Positions 50,423 to 62,738 of a DNA stretch of 64,000 nt are shown here, piece after piece. How positions within the stretch are numbered: the first letter of the stretch is position 1; each line of letters begins with the position of its first letter. The notes under the pieces are model-generated. The model was not told where the DNA came from. It did no database searches and worked only from the letters and a program-made list of their open reading frames with translations. The stretch lies in assembly GCA_964188305.1 (NCBI GenBank), contig OZ076899.1; one strand, given 5' to 3'. Source of the stretch: Podarcis bocagei (taxonomy: Eukaryota). The translations under genes were made by a program, and so were the position numbers.

Positions 50423-52219
50423 CCCAACTCTGTGCCAAGTCACAACAACCTTTTAAACAGACAAAAGGCACTGCCAGTTACGGTACTTCTTATTTTGCAA
50501 AGAGTGCAGAGCTGATCCCCAGGGCTGCTCTCCTGCAGATGACTAACAAGGTCCTCTGATCCACTTTCCACATTGGACAGCAAGTGGCTGATTCTGGCTA
50601 CTCCTGATCAGAGTCAGGATAAACCCCTGGCCCAGTGTTATGATGCTAAATTACCCTTATGTTTTCTCCATCAAGCCTCCCCAAACCTGGTTCCCTCCAG
50701 ATGTTGCAACGGGACTCCAACTGTTGCAATTTGGATGGTGACAAAAAAGGAAACTCAGAGAATTCATCAGAAAACTCCCTGGGAAAATTGCTGGCTCACT
50801 TAACACAGCATGGGAGTTAGAAAGGTCAAATAACCAAGGAGCATCTTTAAAAACTAGGCATGTGGTGGGGGCACAAATCTTCAGGATACCTCCCCCCTTT
50901 CCCATGACTTTACCTTCTACCATCCGGCACATTATGCAAAACATCTTCAGAACCAGAAAGACCACAAAAGGCTTTCAAGACCACAAAAGAAGGATCACTG
51001 CTTTATGGGCTGCTAACTGATCCAACTGGCTCTCAACTGACCCAGGCCTCCTAGAACTCACCTGGCCTCCTAGGAAACAAAATATTCTGCAGGATTCCCC
51101 AGCGGGTTGTGAGGTCAGAGCCTGGCCAAGGACTGGAGCCAATGGGCTCTGGGCTCCAGGAATGCTCTCTCTGCCAGGCCCATGGCACCACTGGGCAACT
51201 TCAGGAAGCTGCCAAGCGTCTGGCCCAGCCCTGCATTTACCCCCAGGCAGAAGGCTCAGGCAGCTGGATCTAGGCTCTCCTTAAGAGTTTCCCCAAATCC
51301 TCCCAGCTTTGCATCCCTCTGGATAATCGAGAAAATAAGGCAGGCCAGGACTGTGGTCCAGTTTCTGGCACCTCCTTAAAACTCACCTGTTTGCCCAGAT
51401 GTTGTTGGCTGGCTAGTGGTCCATCATTTAGTCATGGTGTATTAGATCTTTAAATATTTTTTTGGGGGGGGCTTCATTGTATTATGGAGCCACCTTCTCT
51501 CTCTGCCTGGGTGCTCACCCACATTCGCCACCTCCAGGCATCTTTTTAAAACATGTTTGTGCACCTAGAGGCCTTTCTTGGTGCTTTATTGTATTATTAC
51601 ATGAAAACTGCATCTTTTCTCCGAGGAACTCAAAGTGGTGTACAAGATGCAATGCCTCTCTCCAAATTATCCTCACAATCACCCTGTGAGGTAGGCTAGG
51701 CTGAGAGCCCGAAACCTGGTCCAAGGTCAGCCAGGGAGCTTGATAGCCAAGAGGGGACTTGAACCCTGGACACCTGGGTCCTAGTCTGGTCTGGACACCG
51801 CAGTGTATTAACAACTTGGATGGTTTTAAAGGAGGATCAGACAATGAAGGAGAAGGCAAACAGTGACTACTAGCCATGGTTGCAATACTTTGCCTTCACA
51901 ATCGCAATCAGTAACGCTTTGGAACAGGGCCAAATTATTCAGGGGTGTTACCAAGGGCAGAACCAGTCCACAGTGTGGGGAAATATTTCAAGCGAGAGGG
52001 CTTCATATTAGGGAACACCTTTTTTTTGGCCGGGGAGGGGGGACTTTTCTAACACTTGGTGGATGGGCTTCCTTTCCTTGCCCAACAGCACCTTTCTGGA
52101 AGCAATGCTGGCTTAGAAGATGGAGAGTGGAAGGACCTGGCCCCCGGCCTACCTCACAGGGTCGTTGTGAGGAAAACGTAACGAAACAATACCAGCCATC
52201 CAAAACCTGCACCAAAGCA

Positions 52220-52871
52220 TGGACGTGCCCAAGGATTAAGGCTTTCTGGGAAATGATATAAAATGAATTGAAAAAGGTATTTAAATATACCTTCCTGAAG
52301 AAACCAGAGGCCTTTCTCCTGGGCATGGTCGGCCAATTGGTGCCAACGAAAGACAGAACTTTTTTATGTACGCTACAACAGCAGCAAGAATACTCATCGC
52401 AAAGTATTGGAAGACACAAGATTTACCCACTCTGGAAGAATGGCAGATGAAAATGATGGACTACATGGAATTGGCGGAAATGACTGGCAGAATCCGTGAC
52501 CAGGGAGAAGAGTCGGTGGAAGAAGATTGGAAGAAATTCAAAGACTATTTACAGAAATATTGTAAAATTAATGAATGTTAGAATGATGTTGGATAGAAAT
52601 TAAATGGTTTCCAGCTGCAATGCTTTAAGAGACATGAAAAAAAAGGTTTATAAATGGGTAAAAGCTTAATGGCAAGGATTTGCTGAACTAACAAATTGAA
52701 GTGGAATACAAAAAAGGGAGGTATGAGGAGGTCCGGGGAAATAAGTGTAAGAAAAATATGCAATGGAAAATTAAGGTGTTTTTAACTGTTTTTATTTTGT
52801 ATTTTTTCTTGTATTTTTTTCATTTTTACTGTAATATCTTAAAATTTTTAATAAATATCTTATTAAAAAAA
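52220..52871 (+). mobile_element. Young 5'-truncated L1 with perfect 18-bp TSD
   Basis: aaaacctgcaccaaagca at 52202-52219 and 52872-52889; YATTAARILIAKYWK ORF2 end; aataaa plus polyA. Confidence 0.9.
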
Positions 52872-52919
52872 AAAACCTGCACCAAAGCAGCTCATGTGAG
52901 AGAGGGAGGGCAGGACTGT

Positions 52920-53520
52920 AATGCGCGGACTGGGCAGTAGGCTCCCGCCTAGCGCTCGAGGAGCGCGGAGCCGTCTCCCTCAGCGGAGCCGCCCGCTCGT
53001 CCGCCCGCGCTGGCTCCACGCCGGGCTCCCCCTCAGGAAAGGGCGCGCAGGCTGGGCGGGCCGGCGCCGGTTCGGCCTTGTATGGGAAACGAGGCGCGGC
53101 CGGCGGGCCCGCGGGAGGAGCCCGGAGGGGAGGCGCCGCCCAGCTCCACTCGCGCCGGCTCCAAAGTTCCCTCAGGACTCGGCGGCGGCGGCTGGCTGTG
53201 TGATGGCGCGGGCGCCCCGCCGGCCTCCCCACCGCCGCGCTCGGCCCGGAGCGCCTTGAGCCCAGCCTGCCAGTGAGCGAGACAGGAGCCGCAGCCGGAG
53301 CGCAGCCGGCCAGCCAGCGAGCCATGGTGAGTGAGGCGTCTCCGTGGGCCTCGGCCGCGGGGTACCAGGGGCGCTCGGCTCGTAGCGCCGGAGCCGGGCG
53401 GAGGACCCGAGCCTCCCCTGCCGCCTTCGCCGCCCGGTTTGGGGGCCAAAGCGGAAAGTCGCGGGCGGTGAAGTTCGCTTGGTTCTGCAAGAGCGGGGAA
53501 GCTCTGTTTGTAGCCAGGGC
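52920..53520 (+). promoter_or_regulatory. CpG-island promoter of probable MYO1E, with GC box (53054-53060) and CArG-like box CCTTGTATGG (53076-53085)
   Basis: Dense, undepleted CpGs, GGGCGGG, and a one-mismatch CC(A/T)6GG upstream of an ATG|GTGAGT exon end. Confidence 0.8.
53324..53326 (+). CDS. MYO1E: Probable MYO1E exon 1 coding part (initiator Met only, followed by the GTGAGT donor); intron 1 runs past the window end
   Basis: gccATG|gtgagt at the end of a GC-rich 5'UTR. In mammals MYO1E lies head-to-head with FAM81A and has an ATG-only exon 1. No myosin-coding exon lies in the window, so the identity rests on synteny. Confidence 0.7.
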
Positions 53521-56256
53521 GGAGGGAAAGTCAGAGAAATATAGGCATCACACGCCCACCGAATATATTCTTGTGTCTTTTGCACTTTGCAATTAACCCC
53601 CCCAAAAAACAAACAAACAAACAAACAAACAAACAAACCGGGCAGTTAGTTATTCAGGAATAAGCCTCCTCGGATCGGATTTGCGCACATTTGTTTTGTT
53701 CCTCTCCCTCTTGGTTGGAGTGGATTCTGGCCCATGGAAGCTTTTGTGCCGCGGTGTAGTTTTGTGCCTGTAACGTCATTGGCGTGTATAGCGCTGTTCT
53801 GAGCTCCGCGAGCCGGAGTGGAGGTTGGCCAGGCCCTTCTCGCGAGGAGCTGACCGTGTAAAATCAGCAGGGGGCGAAGGATGCTGGCTACCCCTTGGCG
53901 GGGGTGCACATGGGTCAAGCTAAGCAGGGTTCTGTATGGTTTCAAACTGGACGGAGGATCGCATGTTGAGATGGCAGGGGGTTGGACTAGATGATGCTTG
54001 GGGTCCCTTCCAACTCTACAGTTCTATGATTGCCTCTTGAGAATCAGCGTCCGCCTTAGGAAGCAGGCCCTTGGTCTTGTGCTCTGGCTTTCCAACACTC
54101 ACATCAGTTCCCGGCAGCATGGCCTGGGGCTGGAGTTAGCGCTGCTGTGCTGGCTGGGCTGATGCAAGTTGTAATCCAACAACACCTTTTCTTCCTTGTG
54201 ACTTGATCCATCATATACCCTCCAAAATTTCTCCAGTGAAAATAGGGACATCCCATTCCATAATGATAATTTTACTATTTATATTCCACACATCTTATTG
54301 GGTTGCTCCAGCACTCTGGGCAGCTTCCAACATATATTAAAAACATAATAAAACAGTAAACATTTTTTTTAAAAAAACCTGTATACAGGATTGCCTTCTG
54401 ATGGCTCACAGGTTGGATTACTCCAATATTTCTCCAATGAAAATAGGGACATCCTGAGAAAAAGCGAGACATTCCGGGATCAAATCAGAAACAGGGACGG
54501 CTTCTCTAATTCAGGGACGTCCCTGGAAAATAGGGACACTTGGAGGGTTTGCCATTAGATTTATTTTGTTGACTGTGGTCAGCCCCCCCCCCCCCTGCAG
54601 CCTGGTGCCCTGGTTTGTGAAGACTGGGCTAGGAATTGCTGGAGCTACTTTTGTGTTTTTTTGAAGGAGGAGGGGTGGCAGTGTGTGGGAGGGTGCTGGG
54701 GAACATCTGCTCTGAATTTCCATGGGGGGTGGTTAGCCTGGCATGAGAAGGAAGCAGAGAGAAGCTTTACCACCCAAATTACTCATGCTACAACTTATTC
54801 AGCAGATGTGTGGGCCTCTGCTGCCATCCTCCTTCAATGCCTTGCTGGATCCTTTCCAGAAAGGAGATCCTTGTTCACATGCTGTGCTTTCTCGGTTTGC
54901 TTCTGCTTCGTTACTGCCTACCATGAGGATTTTGGCCATATGTAAGTGTCTCAGAATGGGAGAGATGCGTAAGATCCAGTCTTACTATGGAAAGTTCTCC
55001 TGCACAAGTTCCATTGTGCTGCAACTCTGATTCATTTCAATGGGGCTTGTGCAGGAGAATTTCCTGCAGGATTGCGTCTAGTGTTTCTGAGGGGCGGTGA
55101 TGGAGAAGTGCTCCTTGGATTTCTCACCTCTTGGCATCAAAATGTTTGGGGCAGGCCCATGAGCTCTGGAACATGGTCTCCTGGCTCTTGGCTTCCTCTT
55201 TGGTGTTCTCTTGCATTACTTCTCTCTATCCTCTGCTCAATACTTCTGGAAGGATGTCCCCAAATTTTCTTTGGTTTTTGCAGTCTGACTCTGTTCTGGG
55301 TGTTCTGCTGATTTGCAAGGCTTTTTAAACTGTTGGGTCTTCCCAGCGACTTCTGGGTTTCTGATGACCACCCACTAGTGGAATGGATACCTCTGCCTGC
55401 CTTTTCACTGTCCTTTAGAAATTGATGATGGTGCCTTTTTCAGAGCTGTCCATTCTATTTCCTCTCCTTTCTCTGAGCCAGTGCCAGTTTCTTAAGCATG
55501 TAGGAGTCTCTACCTCTTCTCTCCAAAGGTACTGAACTTGGAGGCCAGGGGTAAGCCACATGTTGGTGATGATGGCCCAGCTTTTGGTGAGGCAACTGTC
55601 ACTATTTTTGTCCTGGTTTGCTTGCAACTTCTCCTCTTTATAGCACAAGGTGGGTGGAAAGGAGGAAGGAAGTACAATTCACTAGTTGGATGGGTTACCT
55701 GGAGAGCTCTTTGTTTACCACATGAAAGCAAAAGTCAGAGAGCCTGGAGGTGGAGCTGGCAGGATTCCTGCATATGTAAGAAGGTGCTTGGTGTCCTCAA
55801 GGCTCAAATGAATGCCTTTCTTGAATGCTGGGCGTTGGCATAGTTACAAGGTTAGCTGGACTGTCTTGGCTTGAGGTGGAGGGTGCATGACGTGAAGGCA
55901 TAGAAGCTGTTCTGTCCATATGCTCATTCAGGAATTTGGTCCCCCCTCCTACCCTTTGCTGGCATATGAGGAAAAGTAAACACCTACCTCACAAGACCCG
56001 TTGAGTCTTCTAGGAGATCAAGAAGCCACTAAAGCCTGTCTGCCTTTCCAAAGCTGAAGCAAACACTTGTGGCTGACCCAACTGAGCAAGGAAGCCAAGC
56101 GGTTGCTTGACTTGGATTTTAAGGGGTGAAGCAGCATGTTACCCAAGAGGTGCAGCCGACAATACTTTGCGGTGGATTCTGGGGTGCGGCTCCTGTTTTG
56201 CACAGTGCAGCTGGTCTGAAAAAGGCACCCGACAATCTCTTTGAGGCTTCAAACTA

Positions 56257-56515
56257 CCGTATTTTTTGCTCTATAAGACTCACTTTCCCCCCCCTAAAAA
56301 GTAAGGGGAAATGTGTGTGCGTCTTATGGAGCGAATGCAGGCTGCGCAGCTATCCCAGAAGCCAGAACAGCAAGAGGGATTGCTGCTTTCACTGCACAGC
56401 GATCCCTCTTGCTGTTCTGGCTTCTGAGATTCAGAATATTTTTTTTCTTGTTTTCCTCCTCCAAAAACTAGGTGCGTCTTGTGGTCTGGTGCGTCTTATA
56501 GAGCGAAAAATACGG
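56257..56515 (+). mobile_element. 259-bp pogo/Tigger-like MITE, near-identical inverted copy of 49740-49998
   Basis: TIRs, TA TSD, and reverse-complement match read by eye. Confidence 0.88.
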
Positions 56516-56528
56516 TATGTCTCTTAGG

Positions 56529-56767
56529 CAGGGTCAGCAACCTTTTTTCAGCCGTGGGCCGGTCCATCGTCCCTCAAACCATGTGGTGGGCCGGAATATA
56601 TTTTGAAAAAAAATATGAACCCTCCACAAATAACCCAGAGATGCATTTTAAATAAAAGCACACATTCTACTAGTGTAAAAACACGCTGATTCCTGGACTG
56701 TCTGCGGGCCGGACTGAGAAGGCGATTGGGCTACATCTGGCCCTGGGCCTTAGGTTGCCTACCCCTG
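56529..56767 (-). mobile_element. hAT-type MITE
   Basis: cagggtcagcaac...gttgcctacccctg; reverse copy of the 21675 family. Confidence 0.75.
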
Positions 56768-57686
56768 CTCTTGAAGGCATCACATTTCTTACCAAAGCCC
56801 ATCCCTCAAGTACAGTGTGTGGCCTGGTGCCAAGTTAAGCCCACTGTGCCAGCAGATCACTTGGCTTGATGACCATCTTGTCATTGCTGGCTTCTGTGAA
56901 ACAGTCAGGCCTGCCACCTGGGCCTCATTTGTTGGGCAGCAGTTGTGAGGTGGCAGTGTGTTTTGGAACTTAGGGACTTCTGTGGCCTTATGTAGGGGCA
57001 AAGCTAGGCTTTATTTCACATGGGTCAAAGACCCAGTTTGGCACCATGTGCATTTGCACACACATGCACAGACACAGGCTGGGAGCTTCAATGGTGCCCT
57101 TCTGGAAGCCTCACCCAGGGCAAAAACACTGGCTAGCCCTCCTCTCCCCACTCCCCTACCCCCGTAGCTAGGGCTCTGCCTTACACAAAGGGTTATGTTT
57201 CAGTTCCCTCACCTATGCAGTGTAGATAGGAGCACTGGACTGCCTTGTCAGATCGTTGTAAGGACAGCCAGAACAATATATTTGCCATTCTTTTACTGTA
57301 CTTGGGCTTCCCCCCAACTCTTTAAAAACTGGGGATTAGACAGATCAATGGCGGTGGAGATCTCTCCTCTTCACAGGCTAAATAGAGGCAGATGCTGGGG
57401 GCAAATAATGGGGGGGGGGAAGAGACTCCTGAGTTGGTGCCCTGCTCATGGGATTCCCAGAGGCACCTGGTAGGAAACCAGGATGCTGGGAAAAGATGGA
57501 ACTTTCTGTGCTGTTCCAGCAGATTCCTCTAATTGACTATAGCTGCCTGTTTTATCTGCTGAAGAGACTGGAAGCATTTCTCTTGTTTTCTTTGGCCAGC
57601 CATCACTGGTGACTTTTTCCTAACCTTGAGGCTTGACTTAGGAGTGCTTTTGGAGTCTGCTCTGATACCATAATGATTCCCTGCAC

Positions 57687-57947
57687 TAGTGTTTCCCAAA
57701 GTGTGGTAGGCATACCTCCAGGGGTATGTGAAAGGATTTCAAAGGATATAGGGCAGACTTTTATTTTTATTTTTTAAAATACCACATGTATAGTATTTGC
57801 TCTAGTCTGGATAAAATATTATTAAAAATGCCCCCTAAATGTCTTTGCCTGGGAAGGGGTAAGACTAAACTCTCAAAATTCTCTGCGAAGGGGTAAGGCT
57901 AAACTCTCAAAAGGGGTATGCAATTATTATAAGTTTTGGGAACACTG
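57687..57947. mobile_element. hAT-type MITE
   Basis: tagtgtttcccaaa...tttgggaacactg; 8-bp TSD ccctgca(c/t). Confidence 0.75.
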
Positions 57948-59623
57948 CCCTGCATGAACCTTCTCTCCTCACAAGGTGACCCATTGGGAATGCTTTGTAC
58001 CCATGCCCCACATGTGCTGCTTCATGAGCCTTCAAGGATGGTTTAAACCCCACACAGAGGCCGGTCGCTCGCTTTGAGAGTAAACAGCTTCCAGGTGGTT
58101 AGATTGTTAGACAAGCTTAACTTATAGGTGTCTGCAGGATGGCTGGTTTGAAAATAGTACTGCAGGCTGATAACCTCTGTCTTTTTTAAACACTTGAAGA
58201 CAGAGAGAACATGATATTCTGAAAAAGAAGAGAGAAAATACAACACATCTAAAACTTGTAGACCTTTTTCTGATCCCTCTTTGCTTATGAGTTGATCCAT
58301 CAGATTTCTTTTGCTTATCAAAGACAGCCATCTTCAATCTAATGTCCTGCAGGTGTTTTTGACCATTATTCCCATCACCTCCAGCCCAGGTTGTATGATG
58401 GTTGGTTGATGGGAAAACAGCTGTACTAGCTAGTCCAAAACATCTGGAGGGCCAAAGATTGGCACAGTTGATTTGTGGAGGCTTGTATTGGATTACTGTT
58501 TTAAAGCATACAGTCCTGTAATGGTGGTGTCTAATAGCTGAGTCTGTAATTAACCCTTATCCACCATGGCATGTGGTTGCTTCCACACCTCCAGCTGTCA
58601 CATGCCCCCACCTCTGACTTGGTGGTGCCGTGGGCAGGTGATGCAAGAGGCCAGTGGGCCTGTGAACCATAGCCTCTGAACATAAGAAAAAAAGATGAAT
58701 CTGCTGGATCAGGCCAATGGTCCATCTAGTCCAGCATTCTGTTCTCACTGTGGGAAGCCTGCAAGCTGCACATGAGCGAAACCACACTCTGCCCGCTTGC
58801 GATTCCCAGCAACTAGTCATAGTGGCTAGTAGCCATTGGTAGCCTTGTCCTCCACAAATTCATTCAACTCACGAACAATTCTGGAAGTAAATACTGGGTT
58901 TGCCGCGATTCGCGCATGCACAGAAGCGGCTTCTGCTGTTAGCGCATGCGCAGAAGCGGCTTCTGCCATCTGCACATGCGCAGAATGACGCTGCCTCCGA
59001 ATGCCCACAAGCAGAACCGCGTTTCTACTAGCGACCCGGATCAACGCACGAACGGACGTCCGGAACGGATTCCGTACGTGAGAATAATCCGCCTATCTGG
59101 ATGGAGGGCTCCTTAACCTGAGCCATGAAGCACAAGATGTACCAGACTGTTCTGGGTGAGATGCTTGTGCTCCATCCTCCACTTGGATCAGAGTCCACGG
59201 CTGCTTCTCAGTCCACCTCAAGTCTCAGTAGAGGCTGGATGTCGCTGGACACACTGGTTACTGGTGTTTGTGGGATTTTACCAGCCCCACTAAACAAGCT
59301 CCTCTGAAGTCAGTAAGAGGCAAAGCTGTGTTCAGGACACACAGGTGTGATTGCTTTTGGTTGTTTTGGCCCTGGGGCTGTTGGCAGGCAGGCAGGGGAG
59401 TCAGGTGGACGCCTTGAATGCATCTTATTTCAACCATAGGACTGATAGAGAAAAATGTTGTGCTGCAGGTTAAACTGGTAATCCAGGTTGACCCAAGACA
59501 TTTTGACACTTGAGGTCAAAAATCTGAATCTCTCACTCTTACTTTTTCCTTTGCCTTGCTCCTAAATTAAGATTAGATACAATCTACTGCAAAATTTGTT
59601 ATTGTGATTGTGTCACTTTCAAC

Positions 59624-59870
59624 AATGGGTAGGCAAACTAAGGCCCGGGAGCTGGATCCGGCCCAATTGCCTTCTAAATGTGGCCCGCGGACGGTCCGGG
59701 AATCAGCGTGTTTTTACATGAGTAGAATGTGCCCTTTTATTTAAAATGCATCTCTGGGTTATTTGTGGGGCATAGGAATTCATTCACCCCCCCCCCAATA
59801 TAGTCCGGCCCCCCACAAGGTCTGAGGAACAGTGGACCAGCCCCCTGCTGAAAACGTTTGCTGACCCCTG
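59624..59870 (+). mobile_element. hAT-type MITE (21675 family)
   Basis: gggtaggcaaactaaggcccg...tttgctgacccctg. Confidence 0.75.
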
Positions 59871-60084
59871 AACCATCCCTTCATAGATAGCTCAACGATG
59901 GAGCCTGCTTTGCATGGAAAATGTTTCCAGGTTCAGTAGCCTCTGGCATCTCCAGTTAGGGCTGCGTAAGACTCTTGTCTGAAATAGTAGAGAGCCTGAC
60001 AAATATCTGTAGTTCTGAAGACATTTTTTATTATTCTGTACCTAGATATTATTAATAAAAATAGGCCAAAACCATAGAATCAGA

Positions 60085-60975
60085 AGAACCTTTATTTTCA
60101 TCAGCCACTAGTCATAGCAATAAAATAAAATACAGTGTACTGAAATTGAGGTAAAAACCTAACTTTACAAAATACATTCTGGAGGTTTACATCAATAATC
60201 AAATAATAGATCTTTTTCTAATTTTCCCAGCTAAATTTTTTGCAGTTTTTGCTGTCACCTGATTACCTTGATTTGCTAGAAGGACACAGTAGCAATGGTT
60301 GGGCGACCTGGTATGAATAGTAGTACAGGGGTAATAACCTCACTCCTCAAATCTTTATGAAGAGTGGAAGCCAGAAGCACGTGAGCTACTTATTCAATAC
60401 TGTCATCTCCACATGGACATAACTGTTTTTCTAGCAGATTTTTTTTGAAATTGACTTTCAAGTACAGCTGAAGACAGTATATTTAATCTTGTGTAAGTCA
60501 AAGCGCATCTGTACTTTGGAATTGTTAAATTTTGCAAATAGGGTGCTACTGTATCAAAATGACAAGGTGGAAAATAATCATACCATGGACAAAATTTCCT
60601 TATCGTGGCAAAATTATGCTGTCACTAAATTATTTGCTTTACTGAAGCCCAGTGTTAATAACTGTTCTGGTGATAAACCAGAAAAGTAAAGCTTTAGGTT
60701 GACAATTTTAGTCCAAGTGCTCTCATGGCAATCTTGTGATACTAAGGGTAGTAGACTCATGAGGTTTAAATTTAGCTGAAGCCAATAATTAAATGTCCTG
60801 CACCAAATCTGTAATTCAACAGGGGGAAGATTAGCCTCCAAGCGCAATGAAGCATTTGAAACACAGAATGGAACAGAAAAAAATTGCCTTAGGAACTTAG
60901 ACCGAACAGCTTCTGTAGATCCAAGGTGAGCACCTGCCCAAATCTGAGCCCTATATAAGAAAGCATAGTGGATAG
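60085..60975 (-). mobile_element. Degenerate non-LTR retrotransposon 3' region
   Basis: LYRAQIW...SKFLR...VSNASLRLEA...FNYW post-RT motif; ends near aataaagg. Confidence 0.6.
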
Positions 60976-62602
60976 CCACTGCTGACATAAATGGGCGGAT
61001 GGTTTGACTTGTAGGCTGCTTATTCTGATTCTATATTGGCGATAGGTGCCTTGAGGAATTATACTCCAGGGGGCCAGATGTATTCATCTCCCAGTCTGCC
61101 ACTGTGAAAAACACCCCAAAACTGAGACAATTACCTCTATTGGTAATCTTTTCCCACAGTCTGTCAAGTCTTCCGAAGTAGTTTTGTATGGCTGAAGAAA
61201 TCTTGAGCTGATGGATCTAGTCTGTGCAGCATATGAGATTGTTGGCACTGGTCCCTTTTTGCACTTCTGAAAAGTGCACTGGCCCACTCTTGTCTTAAAC
61301 CAACCTAAAACTGGAAACCAACAGTTCTCTTTTGGGCTGCTGTGTCTTCTCTAAGTGTTTGTGCTGTCATTGCATCCTGCACAGTGGTGCCCCAACACAG
61401 CAGTCTGAGCACCGCAGCACCACTTTTAATTTGCTGATGCAACAGATCTGTCCGTGTTTTTTATCCACTGCAATAGATCTTCCATTGCAGAATAAAATGT
61501 GAAGTGCTTGCATTTCTTTTCCAACACATTGCCCTTTTAGGGTGAAACCATCTGGCAAGCTACCAGTTACCTGTGAAGTGGGTTGTTAATAATAATAATA
61601 GAAATAATAATACTCTTCCCATCCGGCTGGGACTCCCCAGTCACTCTGAGCGGCTTACAACATATATAAAAACATAGTAAAACATCAAACATTAAAAACT
61701 TCTTGATACAGATGCCTACAGGTGTCTTCTAAAAGTTATGGCTTGGTTCCCAAACAAATTGGCTTCTGAACGTCACAAACCCGGAAGTAAGTGTTCCAGT
61801 TTGCGAATGTTTTTTGGAAGCTGAGCATCCATTTCAGCTGTAGGCATTGTTTCCGGGGCTAGCAGCCAATCAGAAGTCGTGCCTTGGTTTGTGAACATTT
61901 TGGTATTTGAACAGACTTCCAGAACAGATTGAGTTCGGGAACCAAGGTACCACTGTAGTTCTTTATCTTCTTGACATCTGAAGGGAGGGTGTTCCACAGG
62001 GCGTCACTATCAAGAAGGATGCAAGGAGGTTCCCTGACAGAGCTGTTAAGGGCAGGAAGTGGAAAAGGAATCCACACTCTGGGCAGATCAAGACAATGTC
62101 TGCAGCCTTCCACTGCCAAGGGTTCAGCTCCACATTATGTTTAATGCATACTGTGCAGCTCTGGCTCTTGTTTTTCATTAATTAATTGCAGGCATATCTC
62201 CCTCCAAATTACTGTCAGGATCACAGCACATAGGGAGGGAGGAGAGATTTATCCCCTTCCCTCCCTAGTCACCACCCCATCCCAGAAAACAACAACAACA
62301 AAACACACCTGACCAACTGTGCAGCTACAAGGCTTAGAGAGAGAAGAATCCTGTTGGAAACAATGGGAATATTTCTAAGCCTGTGGAGGGGAGGTATAAA
62401 CTTCCCATTTCTCTGTGCACTTTGATCCCAATTCCTGCCCCCTGTGCATGCAATTAATTGAAGAAAAACAGGAAACAGTTACCAAAAGGTGTAGTTAGGC
62501 CCAGAAGTGTTATAATATTACCTTTACAGCAGTGACTTGCAAATAGTGTTTTCAGCAGCCCTGGGCTACCTTGGGAGCTAATTGGTGGATTTTGAACTAG
62601 AC

Positions 62603-62738
62603 CAGTGATGGCCAAACTTGGCCCTCCAGCTGTTTTGGGACTACAACTCCCATCATCCCTAGCTAACAGGATCAGTGGTCAGGGATGATGGGAATTGTAG
62701 TCCCCAAACAGCTGGAGGGCCAAGTTTGGCTATCACTG
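62603..62738. mobile_element. 136-bp hairpin hAT MITE with perfect 8-bp TSD aactagac
   Basis: cagtgatggccaaacttggccctccagctgttt...aaacagctggagggccaagtttggctatcactg. Confidence 0.9.

Noticed and set aside
52792-53636. Several long overlapping ORFs in the CpG island
   Set aside because: Low-complexity Ala/Arg/Pro/Gly frames are expected from GC richness; no recognisable homology.
42150-60975. The LINE 5' half (+, 42-44 kb) and LINE 3' piece (-, 60-61 kb) as halves of one element split by an inversion
   Set aside because: No overlap or shared TSD is visible, and the MYO1E/FAM81A orientation is the expected one; independent copies are the simpler explanation.
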